From contig NC_058368.1 in the NCBI RefSeq assembly GCF_018350175.1, forward strand, positions 23,252,001 through 23,316,000: 64,000 nt of DNA. The letters are read 5' to 3'. Position 1 is the first letter of the stretch. Every line of letters begins with the position of its first letter. The stretch comes from Felis catus. Taxonomy: Eukaryota. The position numbers were made by a program, and so were the translations under genes. The notes below the pieces were generated by a model. That model had not been told where the DNA came from. It saw only the letters and a program-made list of their open reading frames with translations, and searched no databases. Below, piece after piece: positions 27,967 to 40,637 of the stretch.

Positions 27967-28175
27967 AGGGCACCTGGGTGGCTCAGTCAGTTAAGCCTCC
28001 AACTTCAGCTCAGGTCATGATCTTGCAGTTTGTGAGTTCAAGCCTCATATTGGGCTCTGTGCTGACAGCTCAGAGCCTGGAGCCTGCTTCGGATTCTGTG
28101 TCTCCCTCTCTCTGCCCCTCCTCTGCTCATGTTCTGTCTCTCTTTCTCGAAAATAAATAAACATCGAAAAAAAAA
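27967..28175 (+). mobile_element. CAN-SINE
   Basis: TSD aaaagtggaggattt / aaaagtggagaattt. Confidence 0.92.
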
Positions 28176-28598
28176 GTGGAGAATTTGTTTGCAGTTTTTC
28201 CTCACCGGGTATCCTAACCTTAACCTGCCTCAGACTGAGGGGCTATAACAAAGACTTTGCCAGACTGTGTTCATAAACCACCTGCTTTCATTGTTTATTT
28301 TTCCCCCTTCAGTGTGGCTGTGTTTTTCATTTGAAATACAATTAGATTTATTTGTTTGTTTGCTTTCAATTTCAGGGATTTTTTTTTCCTTCCCATTCTT
28401 ATTGATTCAATGTTTTTTTTTTTTTTGAACAAGACATCGGTATGCTTTCAGAAGTCAAAACTATACAAAAAGTTATTCTCAGAAGCATGAGTCTTGTATT
28501 TGCAGTTTGGTTCAGTGTTGTTGTTGTTGTTGTTGTTGTTTTAACCGTGCCTCCTGGAAATCACTTCATATCATTTTATAGAAATTGTCCTCATTCTT

Positions 28599-28912
28599 TT
28601 ATTTTATTTACTTATTTATTCATTCATTCATTCATTCATTCATTCGTTCATTCATTTATGAAATTTATGAAATTTATTGTCAAATTGGTTTCCATACAAC
28701 ACCCAGTGCTCATCCCAACAGGTGTCCTCCTCAATACCCATCACCCACCCACCCTCCCCCCCCCATAAACCCTCAGTTTGTTCTCAGTTTTTAGGAGTCT
28801 CTTATGTTTTGGCTCCCTCCCTCTCTAACCATTTTTTTTCCTTCCCCTCCCCCATGGTCTTCTGATATTTCTCAGGATCCACATAGGAGTGAAAACATAT
28901 GGAATCTGTCTT
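28599..28912 (-). mobile_element. Young felid L1 3' end with (TTCA)n-degenerated tail
   Basis: Same 3' UTR as the copies at 25707, 53817 and 62640. Confidence 0.9.
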
Positions 28913-28917
28913 CCGTG

Positions 28918-29086
28918 TCGGAGAGGGGAAAATGGGTGATGGACATTGAGGAGGGCACTTGTTGGGAAGAGTATTGGGTGTTGTATATGAGTGATGAACC
29001 ATGGGAATCTACCCCCAAAACCAAGAGCACACTTCACACACTGTATGTTAGCCAATTTGACAGTAAGTTATATTAAAAAAATAAAA
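28918..29086 (+). mobile_element. L1 3' end of a different 3' UTR variant, opposite orientation
   Basis: gggtgatggacattgaggagggcacttgttggg...gccaatttgacagtaagtta + A-rich tail; contains a ~50-bp segment absent from the adjacent young L1. Confidence 0.85.
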
Positions 29087-29606
29087 CAGTATGGGGAGAA
29101 AGCCAATACTCCTCTCACATTTGTTTCAAGAAACTAATGATTAAATGTTGCTTAAAACATGCATCAGTTAAATGTCTCTAGGAAGTTATGGGAACACAGA
29201 TGGTTAATCCAATTCATTTTCATTAATGTATACACTTTTGAGGATGCTATATCATGTGACATGTGCTCTATCCTTCTTCGGATTAAAGTTTGTAGCATGT
29301 CAACTACCACCTACCAGTAAAGACTGGTAGGACTAAAACTATAAAGCATGCCTGTGAAATCCAATCCTGAGCAGTGTGAAGTTAAACCTCTAATTCTTTC
29401 TACCCTACTTGCTTTCCCACCCCCACCCCCTTCTCCTTGGATTAGAACTGTTTAATGACAAAGGGATGCGGGATTTTTTTTCTTCCTCTATTTTATAAAT
29501 TTTTTCTTCAACTGAACTTCTAATAGGATTCACTTCAGGGTTTGATTTGAGTATTTAACCATTTCTTGAATATAAAATAAAGTCAAAATTGAACCATTAA
29601 AAAAAA

Positions 29607-32512
29607 GAAATAGTATTTTTGTATTCTTTCGGTAAGTACCTAATAGTGTAACTGCTGGATCATAAGGTAGTTCTATTTTTAACTTTTTGAGGAACCTCCA
29701 TATCGTTTTCCAGAGTGGCTGCAGCAGTTTGCATTCCCACCAACAGTGCAGGAGGGTTCCCCTTTCTCCACATCCTTGCCAACACCTGTTGTTTTTTGTG
29801 TTGTTGATTTTAGCCATTCTGACAGGTGTGAGGTGGTATCTCCTTGTAGTTTTGATTTGCATTTCCCTGATAGTGATACTGAGCATCTTTTTATGTGTCT
29901 GTTGGCCATCTGGATGTCTTCTTTGGAAAAATGTCTATGTCTTCTGGCCATTTTCAAATTGGGTTATTTGTTTTTGAGTGTTAAGTTTTATAAATTCTTT
30001 ATAGATTTTTGGATACTAACCCTTTTTGTGGATATGTCATTTCCAAATATCTTCTCCCATTCCTTAGGTTGCCTTTCAGTTTTATTGATTGCTTCCTCTG
30101 CTGTGGAGAAGACTTTTGATGAAGTCCCAATAGTTTATTTTCGCTTTCATTTCCCTTGCCTCAGGAGGCCTATCTAGAAAGATGTTGCTATGGCTGATGT
30201 CAAAGAAATTACTGCCTCTGTTCTCTTCTAGGATTGTTATGGTTTCAGGTCTCACAGTTAGGTCTTTAATACATTTTAAATTTATTTTTGTGTATGGTGT
30301 GAGAGAGGTTCAGTTTCATTCTCTTGCATGTTGCTGTCCAGTTTTCCCAACACCATTTGTTAAAGAGGCTATCCTTTTGCCATTCAATATTCTTTCCTGC
30401 TTTGTTAAAGATTAATTGACCATGTAATTGTGGGTTCATTTCTGGATTTTCTATCCAGTTCTATTGATCTAATCCCATTACCATACTGTCTTGATGACTA
30501 CAGCCTTGTAATATAACTTTAACTCCGGAATTGTGATGCCTCCAGCTTTGCTTTTCTTTTTCAAGGTTGTTTAGGCTATTCAGGGTCTTTTGGTTCCATA
30601 CAAATTTTAGGATTGTTTGTTCTAGCTCTTTGAAAAATGCTGGTGGTATTTTGATAGGGGTTGAATTGAATGTGTAGATTGCTTTGGATAGTATAGACAT
30701 TTTAACAATATTTCTTCTTCCTATCCAAGAGCACGAAATGTCTTTCTGTTTCTTGTGTCACCTTCAATTTCTTTCCTCAGTGGTTTTAGTTTTCAGAGGA
30801 TAGGTATTTCACCTCTTTAGTTAGGTTTAATCCTAGGTATCTTATTATTTTTGGTGCAACTGTAAGTGGAACTAAGCCCTTAACTTCTCTTCTGCTATAT
30901 TATTGGTGTATAGAAACACAATAGATTTCTGAACATTGATTTTGTATCCTGTGACTTTACTGAATTTGTTTATCAGTTCTAACAGTTTTTTGGTGGAGTT
31001 TTCCAGGTTTTCTATATACAGTATCATGTCATCTGCAAATAGTGAAAGTTTGACTTCTTCCTTGCTGATTTGGATGCATTTGATTTCTTTTTCTTGTCTG
31101 ATTGCTGTGGCTAGGACTTCCATTACTATGTGAAATTGAAGTGATGTGGGTGGACCTCCCTGTCTTGTTTCTGTCCACAGAGGAAAAGCTCCCAGTTTTT
31201 CCCCATTGAGGATATTTGCTGTAGTTTTTTCATATATGGCCTTTATTATTTTCAGGTATATATTCCCTCTAATCTACTTTGTTGAGGGTTTTTATCATGA
31301 ACGGATGTTGTACTTTGTCAAATGCTTCTTCTGCATTATTGAAACTATCATAAGGATCTTATCCTTTCACTTATTGATGTGATGTGTCACATTGCTTGAT
31401 TTGCAAATATTGAACCACCCTTTTGCAACACAGGAATCAATCTCACTTCATTTTGGTGAATGATTTTTTAAATGTATTGTTGGATTCTATTTGCTAGTAT
31501 TTTTTTTAAAGAAAATAATGTATTGTCAAATTGGCTTACCCAGTGCTCATCCCAACAAATGCCCTCCATAATGCCCATCACCCATTTCCCCCTCATTTCC
31601 TAGTATTCTATTGAGGATTTTTGCATCGATGTTCATCAGAGATATTGGTCTGTAGTTCTCTTTGTCAGTGGTGTCTTTATCTGGTTTTGGGATCAGGGTA
31701 ATGCTGGCTTCATAGAATTTAGAAGTTTTCCGTCCTCATTTTTTGGAAAGTTTGAGAGGAATAGGTATTCTTTAAATGAATATTTAAATTCCTTAAACTC
31801 CTCTTTACATGTTTGGTAGAATTCACCTGTGAAACCATCTGGTCCTGGACTTTTGTTGTTAGGAGTTTTTTTGATTACTGATTCAATTTCTTTGCTGGTT
31901 ATAGGTCTGTTCAAATTTTTTGTTTCTTCCTATTTCAGTTTTGGTAGTTGATCTATTTCTAGGAATTTACCCATTTCTTCTAGGTTGTCCAGTCTATTGG
32001 GATCTAGTTTTCATAATATCCTCTTATGATTATTTGTAGTTTTGTGGTGATGGCTGTTACTTCTCTTTCATTTGTGATTTTATTTATTTGGGTCCTTTCT
32101 TTTTTTTCTTTTGATGTCTGGCTAGAGATTTATCGATTTTATTAATTTTTTCAAAGAACCAACTCCTGGTTTCATTGATATGCTCTACTGTGTTTTTTTG
32201 TTTTTTAGTTTCTATATCAGTTTTTTATTATCTTTGTTGTTTCCTTTGTTCTGCCGGCTTTATTAGGCTTCATAGGTTTTTCTTTCTCTAGCTCCTTTAG
32301 CTGTAAGGTTAGATTGTTTATTTGAGATTTTTCTTCTTGAGGTGTGCCTGTATTACTATAAACATCCCACTTTTACTGCATTCCAAAAGTTTTGGATGCT
32401 TTTGTTTTCATTTTCATTTGTTTCCATGTGTTTTGCTTCTTTGATTTACTAGTTGGCCCATTCATTGTTTAGTAACATTTTGTTTAACCTCCATGTATTT
32501 GTGTCTTTTCAG
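29607..32512 (-). mobile_element. 5'-truncated carnivore-type L1, decayed ORF2 (RT and C-terminal region)
   Basis: ORF fragments [13 protein letters not shown] (RT active site), [15 protein letters not shown] and [32 protein letters not shown]; many frameshifts. Confidence 0.95.
31502..31594 (-). mobile_element. Short L1 3' fragment nested in the L1 above
   Basis: TSD atttgctagtatt (31489-31501) / atttcctagtatt (31595-31607); host ORF2 resumes. Confidence 0.8.
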
Positions 32513-33640
32513 GAAATCTTCCTCATTCTTCTTAGAGCTGCTTGGTACTCTTGTGTGTATACACCACAGTTTTTGCAGCCAATCCCTTTGTTTGGATATT
32601 TAGGAAATTTCAAATATTTCACAGTTACAAAGTAATGCTGTAATGAATAATCTTTTGCACACATATTTTGGTGTTACCGGAGGTATGTCTTTAGGATACA
32701 TTCCTACAAATGGGATTACTGGTTAAGGGTAACTGTATATGTAGTTTCTTAGATCTTGCCAAATGCCCCTCCACGGAGACTATGCCATTTTGCATTCCCA
32801 TCAGCAAAGTATGGGAGTGCTTGTTTCCCTACAGTCTTGACAACAGAATGTACTGCAACTTTGTGATTTTTTTGACAAATGCTATCTCAATAAAGTTTAA
32901 ATTTGCATTTTACTTATTATGAGTGAAGTTAAACATTTTTTTCATGTGCTGAAAGTTCATTTTTATATCTATATTGTGAATTATTTGTTGTTTTGCTCAT
33001 TTTATTTATAACTTTTGGTCATTTTCCCCTCAATTTTAAAGGTTTTTTTAAAAAAGGGAAATTGGCCCTTTATCTTTGAAATATGTTGCAAAAACTTATT
33101 CCTAGTTTTTCATGCCTTTTGACTTTGCTTATGGTATTTTTGACCATGTAAAAGTTGTAATTTTTTCTTTATGTAGTTAAATTTGTCAATCTTTTATTGC
33201 CTCTAAATTTTGAGTCATAATTAGAAAAGCCTTTTGTACTCCAAAGTTAATTTTCTCCTCATGCTCGTCTATTGTCATATTTTGCATTTAGATCTCTGAT
33301 CCATTTGTAGTTTAGGCTGTTCTATGGTAGGAGAAATGGATTTAATTTTTTTCCAAATGGCTATTCAGTTATCCTAACACCATTTACCTCAAATGGTGAT
33401 CTTTGCTCTAATGCTTTGAGAGAGACTACTTTTATCATATGCTTGATTTGTTTTTATGTAATTGTGTCTGTTTACAGTCTATTTATTTTTGATTTGTCTA
33501 TTTGCATGCCAATAATACACTAATTATAGAAGCTCTGCAATATGTATTAATATCTGGTTGGGCTAGTCTTCAGAACCTTTCCACGTGTTTTCTTACCCAT
33601 TCTTGTGTTCTTATTTTTCCTTGTGAATTTTAGGATTATC
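32513..33640 (-). mobile_element. Old L1M relic (host of the 28.6-32.5 kb insertion; its 3' part lies at ~28415-28598)
   Basis: Decayed L1 antisense motifs (ttttgcattcccatcagcaa, ggctattcagttatcctaacaccattt). Confidence 0.65.
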
Positions 33641-34501
33641 TTTTGTCAGACATTTAATGCTTGATTCTCTTTATTCCTGAAGGCATTCTAGGACTTCTTG
33701 TTAGAAGCTATCTATCTCTAGGAATTTCCCTTCTACTGCCCCAAAAATAACCACAGCTATGAGAACCTACTGCTGATGGCATGTATCACAGCTCCCGGGT
33801 ATGTTGGACCATTAGAACTATAATTCTTAACCTTGGCTTACACAGCAGAATCACCTGAAAAGCTTTTAAGAATCAGCAATGTCAGTGCCCTCCATTATAT
33901 TAGAATTTCTGAGCATTTGTATTTCTAAGAAACTTTCCAAGTGATTCTGATGTGCATCTGGGGTTGAAATCCATGGCTTCAGAAGTATATGGATACCTGT
34001 GTTTAACATTACAGGATATATGGGGAAAACAGAAAATTTCAGGTAATGGTCTGGGATTCAGGCAGAGAGCCAGATTGGTCCCAGCGGAGAGTGGAGGGGA
34101 CTGAAAGTTGGTGGCAAGTGACAGAGTGGTGATATTTGGGAGGGAAAATTATAAGAGAAGATGGTAACTACCACAATGGCCCATGAATTCTCAGAGTGGA
34201 TATAGAGCATAAACTTGGGGCTTTGTAGATATACTTCTTGAAATCACTCAGGTACAGATGTTTTTCTTAGACTGTAATTATTCCCAGGAGTGTTAAAAGG
34301 TGGTTTTGAGTGGGGGGGGGGGAGAGGGCAAAGGTATTTACCCAAATGGTAACAAGAGAATTCACGTGATGGTACGCTAACCAGAATCTATCCTCATGAT
34401 ACAAGAGAAACCGTCTTTATCTCTAAGGGCTGTGGATGTGGTGAGAATACATGCCTCACGGTTCTCTTCTGGGAAATGTCCACAGCACACTAGGTTACCA
34501 T

Positions 34502-34840
34502 CTGTCTTGGTCAATTTGGGCTGCTCTAACAAAAGTACCATAGACTGTATGGCTTACACAACAAACATTTATTTCTCAGAGCTCTGGAGGCTGGAAGTCC
34601 AACATCAGGGTGCTGGCAGATTGTGTCTGGTGAGGGCCCACTTTCTGGGTTAGTTCTTTCTGTATCTTCACATGGCAGAAGGGGCAGGCTCTGTGGTGCC
34701 TCTTGTATGAGGACACTAATCCCATTCATGACCTCATTGCCTCTCAAAGGCCCCACCTCCCAATATCGCCATATTGGGGGTTAGGATGTCAGCACCTGAA
34801 ATTTCAGGGGGAGGGTCACAAACTTTCAGTCTGTGACATC
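34502..34840 (-). mobile_element. MLT1A-like MaLR LTR
   Basis: tgtcttggtcaatttgggctgctctaacaaaagtaccatagactg...ggacactaatcccattcatg. Confidence 0.75.
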
Positions 34841-36845
34841 ATCAGTGCCAAGTACTCAGCAACCATCATGCCTTTGTAATTTTCATGCCCTGTGCTCGTG
34901 TGTCCTCAGTTATTCTTCTTGAAGCATAGTTCTCATCCTTCTACCTACGATTTGACCAACTGCAGCTGAAATACATTCAAACAGAAATAGAAAAAAGAAT
35001 GAGAATGTTTTGAGATTTTTTAAAAATTGGAGACCATTTCCTGGAACATGCTTCTCACCATATATTCTCCCTGGATTGTGTCCGTCACATTGTCCTGAGG
35101 TTGATTACAAAACCCATCTGCCTAACTGCAACTTCCCTTCAGCAAATCCTCTGGGTGAGTGGGTGACTGGGCTGCCCCCGCCCCCCACCTTTAATCAGAG
35201 GGTTAACATCAGAAATGGCATAGTGCTTTTTCTTCTTTTGGATGTTATCCAGTCTTTCGCATGATGTGTCACCTAATTAACACAACAAATGTAATTTTAT
35301 GACTTTCCCTTTTTTCATGGCTCATTATTCTTCCACCAGTGTAGGAAATTGCTGCCCACATTTTTCCCTCTTTCTCTGAGAGAATGCCCAGTTTGAAAGA
35401 CATTTTCTTTAGTTTACTCCTATAAAGGCCCTCTAGTGACCTTTCTGCTTGCCAGCAAAAGAACCATTTCCTGACCAGCATCAGCAATTGGTCCCTTTAC
35501 AGTCGATTTAGTTTAAGGTCAGTGTTGGCCTATAACTACTTCAATAAGTGCAGCTTTAAAGGAAAATGGAAATAATGTATAAGACTGCGAATGAAAAGCA
35601 TCTTTCAGAAAGCAGTTCATTTTCTGATGTGTTGAAAGCAATAGTAATGATGCGATGCGGTTTCTAAAGAAAGCTCATACCACGCTGGAAGCCATTGGCT
35701 ACATCCTACAACATAAACTTCCTTCATATGTTGTGCCACGTTGTCCAGTTCCCATTATGCAGTTTTAGGAACCATGGTAACAAGTTAGAGGAAGGTGTTC
35801 ATGATGTGAAGGCACCTGGAAAAAGTATCTTGCTTAGAGTATTGCCAAAGTTTAGCTGGGCATAAAGAAGGTAAGGTTGGGCATGATGACCATGCCCTAT
35901 CTTTGAAAGGGTATTTAAGTATGAAAGATAGGCTCATGTTGCTTTCTTTCAAAGCTTAATAAGATTGTACTCAAGTACCAATGAGTGTAAATGTAAACGG
36001 GACAAATGATAGCAGGAACACCCCCTACGTTAGGGAGTAGCTCATCTCAAAGTATTGAGAGGCCAGATGATCATTTGCAGGACTGCTGTAAAGGAGTTTT
36101 CTCTGCTGGGAGGGTTGCTATGATTCTCATGTGAGCACATTGTATTTTTCATGTTGCTAAAGAGACCTTTTTCAATTTTAAGTGGTTTAATTTAAAGACT
36201 TGAGTCCTTTCATATCATAAAATGTAGGGTAAAATTTTAGGTTGCAGATAAACTCTCAGATAACCGAGAAACAGTTGTTATTCCATATAAGATGTTAATT
36301 GTATGTGGGTTATTGTTTATAACTTTTTATAAACAAAAGCCTACTCTAAATCTGAATACTCTACACAACCTTTGCTGATTTCCAGCATGCACTATAGATG
36401 GAGCACTTTCTCCAGCCTTCTTTATTCAGCCGCAGGGAACGGGAGTTCTCTCAGATACCCATGGGGGCCAGAAGTCGGTTGCTCACTGTGCTGGGAATCC
36501 TAAGCCATAATAGGTCAAACTGATAAGCTTCAAGAGACTGGCCTTTTCTTTTAACAAGACGCTTTCACAAAGCCTTGACATAGTGATCAAAGTCAGTATC
36601 TGTTGTTTGTGTTTTGAAAATACCATCTTGATACTGATAACATGAAGTTTAAGGTGTTAAATCAGTCCTGGAAGGATGTATGTTTAAGATAGCCAGTATT
36701 TCCTCAAATAGTACATTGTTCTCTTTGCTCTGTGGAAAGAAAGAAACAGAGGAACTTCCCACCTGCCTTCCCTGACAGCTAGAAAGTTCCCCTCCTGCCA
36801 CAGTCCCATCAGCTTTTTGGCCTCTTTAGAACTTTCTTATTTATA

Positions 36846-37073
36846 GGGGCACCTGGGTGGCGCAGTCAGTTGAGCGTCCGACTTCAGCCAGGTCACGATC
36901 TCGTGGTCCGTGAGTTCGAGCCCCGCATCAGGCTCTGGGCTGATGGCTCAGAGCCTGGAGCCTGTTTCCGATTCTGTGTCTCCCTCTCTCTCTGCCCCTC
37001 CCCTGTTCATGCTCTGTCTCTCTCTGTCCCAAAAATAAATAAACGTTGAAAAAAAAATTTTTTTTTTTTTTTT
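36846..37073 (+). mobile_element. Young felid CAN-SINE
   Basis: CpG-rich body; TSD agaactttcttatttata at 36828-36845 and 37074-37091. Confidence 0.96.
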
Positions 37074-38101
37074 AGAACTTTCTTATTTATAGCTTCTCAC
37101 TGATAAATGTCCACACTTAGTGCTCATCCTTAGCAAATACAAGCATCTTAAGGACACAGTTTGCTGCTGTCTGCTTCACAGGGAGGGATTAGCCCGGGTA
37201 CCTGCAGCATGTTACCCTCTTGCCTTTCACTTTTTTTGTGACAAGCACTAAGGTAACTTATATGCATTTTTTCAAAACAAATTTTCGAAAGCATGAGATA
37301 ACCCAGTGAAATGCCGTATATTAGCAAACTGCATACGATAGGAAAATCTCCACTTGAGCAAAAACAATTCAGTATGTGCAAGGCACTCTCCTCCTATGAT
37401 TGTTTTGATTTCAAAATAAAATTAGAAATATTCTACACTTGAGTGTGTCAGGCAGGGTACGAGGTACTTGACATATTCTTCTCTGCTTAATTCTCTCAGT
37501 GACACCATGAGGTAGATAGTATTACCCTTACTTTGCAAATGAGAAAGCAGAGGCTGGCCCAGCATTAGCTGATAGATAGTAGAGCTGGTCCTTTTAGCTC
37601 CAAAGCTGATGCTTTTCACTATGGCCAAAGGATTGCTTAAGTTAGGCCATGTGGTGGATACCCATCAAATTGTTGTCCACCATCTTTTTTTTCCACTGGT
37701 TTCTTCTTCCCTCATCCATCTAACATGATGACGGTAGCAGTTGCCATTTCTACATGATCCTGATCCTCCCACATTTTCTTGGCTGGAGCATTTTACCCAA
37801 GCTGGTCAATCAGTCCTTTCCTTGAAATTTTAGTTTTGGGAGTAAGAGCATGAGATGGGCTTCTTGTTGGGTGCAGGAGCTGGAATGTATATATCCTGGG
37901 AGCAGGGTGGCCACATGTCACCTTCCAGCTAGAGGGGTAGAGGAGGCTTGTCTGTGGTGACTGGGAAGAAGAGAGCAGATGCACAGGGAAAACAGGGAGT
38001 GACGTGGAGAGACCTCCAGGTTCCTATAGGGCTCCAGGCTGCTGCTCCGTTCTGGGGGCCGTGTTTCTATCTTTGACTTTTGTGAAACACCATGGGTCTT
38101 T

Positions 38102-38328
38102 TCTTTCTTTTCTTTCTTTTCTTTCTTTCTTAATATAATTTATTGCCAAATTGGCTTACATACAACATCCTGTGCTTATCCCAACAGGTCCCCCTCAATG
38201 CCCATCACCCTTTTTCCCCTCTCCCCCACTCCTTCATCTACCCTCAGTTTGTTTTCTGTATTTAAGAGTCTCTTGTGGTTTGCCTCCCTCCCTCTCTGTT
38301 TGTAACTATTTCCCCCCCCTTCCCTTCT
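38102..38328 (-). mobile_element. 5'-truncated L1 3' end with 14-bp TSD, inside an old MLT1-like relic (~37650-38410)
   Basis: TSD caccatgggtcttt (38088-38101) / caccatgagtcttt (38329-38342). Confidence 0.85.
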
Positions 38329-38423
38329 CACCATGAGTCTTTCTGATGAACTCCTCTTTTCACTTAAACTGGTTCAGATTGGACTCCTTTACCATAGCCA
38401 AGAGCCCTATGAAATAACATAGG

Positions 38424-38631
38424 ATTTATTTATTTATTTTTTTAAATGTTTATTTTTGAGAGAGAGAGCACAAGCAGGGAAAGGGCAGAGAGAGGGAGAC
38501 ACAATCTGAAGCAGGCTCCAGGCTCTGAGCTATCAGCACAGAACCCGATATGGGGCCCGAACTGACAAACTGTGAGGTCATGAGCTGAGCTGAAGTCAGA
38601 AGTTTAACCAACTGAGCAACCCAGGTGTCCC
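38424..38631 (-). mobile_element. CAN-SINE
   Basis: Full body. Confidence 0.9.
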
Positions 38632-38949
38632 AATAGCACAGTATTTATTGAAAAGACTCTGGGGCAGTCCACAAAAGGGAGGGAAAATTGGCAAAAGAAG
38701 TAAGGGAAAGGTAGGAGCAGGTGGCCCTTTGGCCTCGGCCATAGGAGCTTCTGGCTCTGGCTGAGTCACGTGCCTCCTTCTACTTCTGTGTGTCAGCACT
38801 GGAGCCTCATGTGCCCAAGGGAGAGACTGTGGTGGGACGCTGCTATCTGTCTATCCCTTTTCCAGAAGAAAGGGAGGACGAGTGCTGGCTGACAAAAGCA
38901 GAAGCCACTCTATCTGGACCTGATTTGTTCTCTCAGAGCATTCCTCGTT

Positions 38950-39331
38950 CTTTTGTTCTTTCCTTCAACCTTCTCTCTCTCTCTCTCTTTTTCCCTTTCC
39001 TTTCCTTTCCTTTCCTTTCCTTTCCTTTCCTTTCCTTTCCTTTCCTTTCCTTTCCTTTCCTTTCTGTCTTTTCTTTCAATCTATCTGTCAATCTTTCTTT
39101 CTTTGATTCTTTCATCTATCCATAGGCATATCCATAAACATCTATCTATATGTTTATTTTTGAGAGTGAGAAAGAGAGGGTGTATGAGCGGGGGAGGGGC
39201 AGAGAGAGAGGGAGACAGAATCTGAAGCAGGCTCTGAGCTGTCCACACAGAGCCCAACGTGGGGCTCCAACCCAGGAATCCTTGAAATCATGACCTGAGC
39301 CAAAGTCTGATACTCAACTGACTAAGCCCCC
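38950..39331 (-). mobile_element. CAN-SINE whose tail is a compound microsatellite including (TTTCC)n
   Basis: TSD cagagcattcctcgtt (38934-38949) / cagagcattcctcatt (39332-39347). Confidence 0.88.
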
Positions 39332-39857
39332 CAGAGCATTCCTCATTTTAATGTGTTGGTTGCTTGGTTGGCTAGGGAAGGAGAGGAGTTTCTGTTTCTG
39401 AAGTTTTGATTAGTCTCTTACCAAGAAATGTGAAGACCAGCTGAACCTGGAAATCTTTCTTTCCCCCTCTTGACACCATTGTGTCCCTTCAGCCTGGGTG
39501 GATCTATTTTTGTGTCCTGACTTTGCCACTCAGTGCTGCACAACCTTGAGCAAGACATGTCTTCTGTAAAATGGAGATAACAACAGCACCTACCTTATGA
39601 AATTGCTGCAATATTAAATGAGGTCGTGTTTATAAAAATGCCTGGTCTAGATCTTGGCACTTAGAGAGTGCCTAACAGATGGTAGTGATTATCATTATTT
39701 GTTTGCAAATATTTCAGTTGTACCCTCTGAATCCTGAACTATCTTGAATGCTGAGCACTGAAGCCTGAGGGCTCCAACCTGAGCACCTCTAATTGAAATC
39801 TTTTATTTCTCACCAATTTAAGACTGAAGTCCTGAGTCTCAAAAGCCTGTGCCTTAA

Positions 39858-40560
39858 AATTTTTTTAGTGATATAATATATATGGGCGTCCGGGTGGCTC
39901 AGTTGGTTAAACGTCTAACTCTTGGTTTCAGCTCAGGTTATGGTTTCATGATTCATGAGATCAAGGCCCACATTGGGCTCTGACCAGACAGTGTGGAGCC
40001 TGCTTGGGATTCTCTCTCTCTCCCTCTCTCTCTGCCCCTCCCCTGCTCTTGCAAAATAATTAAACTTAAATATATATACATATAAAGTACACAAATTATT
40101 TGAATTTTTACCTAAGTATATACTCATGTAATCACTATTAGGGTAACTATCTAGGACACTCACAGCATTCCAGAAAGTTCATGTATGTTCCCACCCAGTT
40201 AATATCCACCCACTCCCCCAGAAGTAACCTTTTCTGACCTCTTTCACCACAAATTTGTGTTACCTGTTCTTGAACTTCATATAAATGGAATCAAGACAGT
40301 ATTCACGTTTGGTATCTAGCTTCTTTTCACTCAACATTATTCTATATTGTTGAATATAAAAGTGGTTTATTCTTGCTGTGTAATACATGAATATGCTGTA
40401 GTTAATGCATTGTATTGTTGACGTACATTTGGATTGACTCCAGGAGTCTTCTGGAGGAGAAATGCACACATTTTTCGTGGGTATGATACTCTGCAGTAGA
40501 ATTGCTAGTTCATGAGACAATCCTATGTTTAACTTTAGTAGATTTGGTCTAACTTCTTCC
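39858..40560 (-). mobile_element. L1MB/MC-type 3' end with a nested + strand CAN-SINE (~39883-40068)
   Basis: cctgttcttgaacttcatataaatggaatc...cttcttttcactcaacatta motif; SINE head gggcgtccgggtggctcag. Confidence 0.75.
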
Positions 40561-40637
40561 CTGAACCTCATTTGAACCTTGAACTTTAAGCTTTTTCCTT
40601 GGAGAGTCTCAGAACCCTCAGTTTCCCCGTGATACTT

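Noticed and set aside
29530..31914. RT/ORF2-like peptides as an active gene or novel RT system
   Set aside because: Ordinary L1 ORF2 relic, fragmented by stops and frameshifts and 5'-truncated. The same applies to 54088-56740.
38790..39225. ORFs with ERKGK / FPFLS repeats
   Set aside because: Translations of the (TTTCC)n microsatellite.
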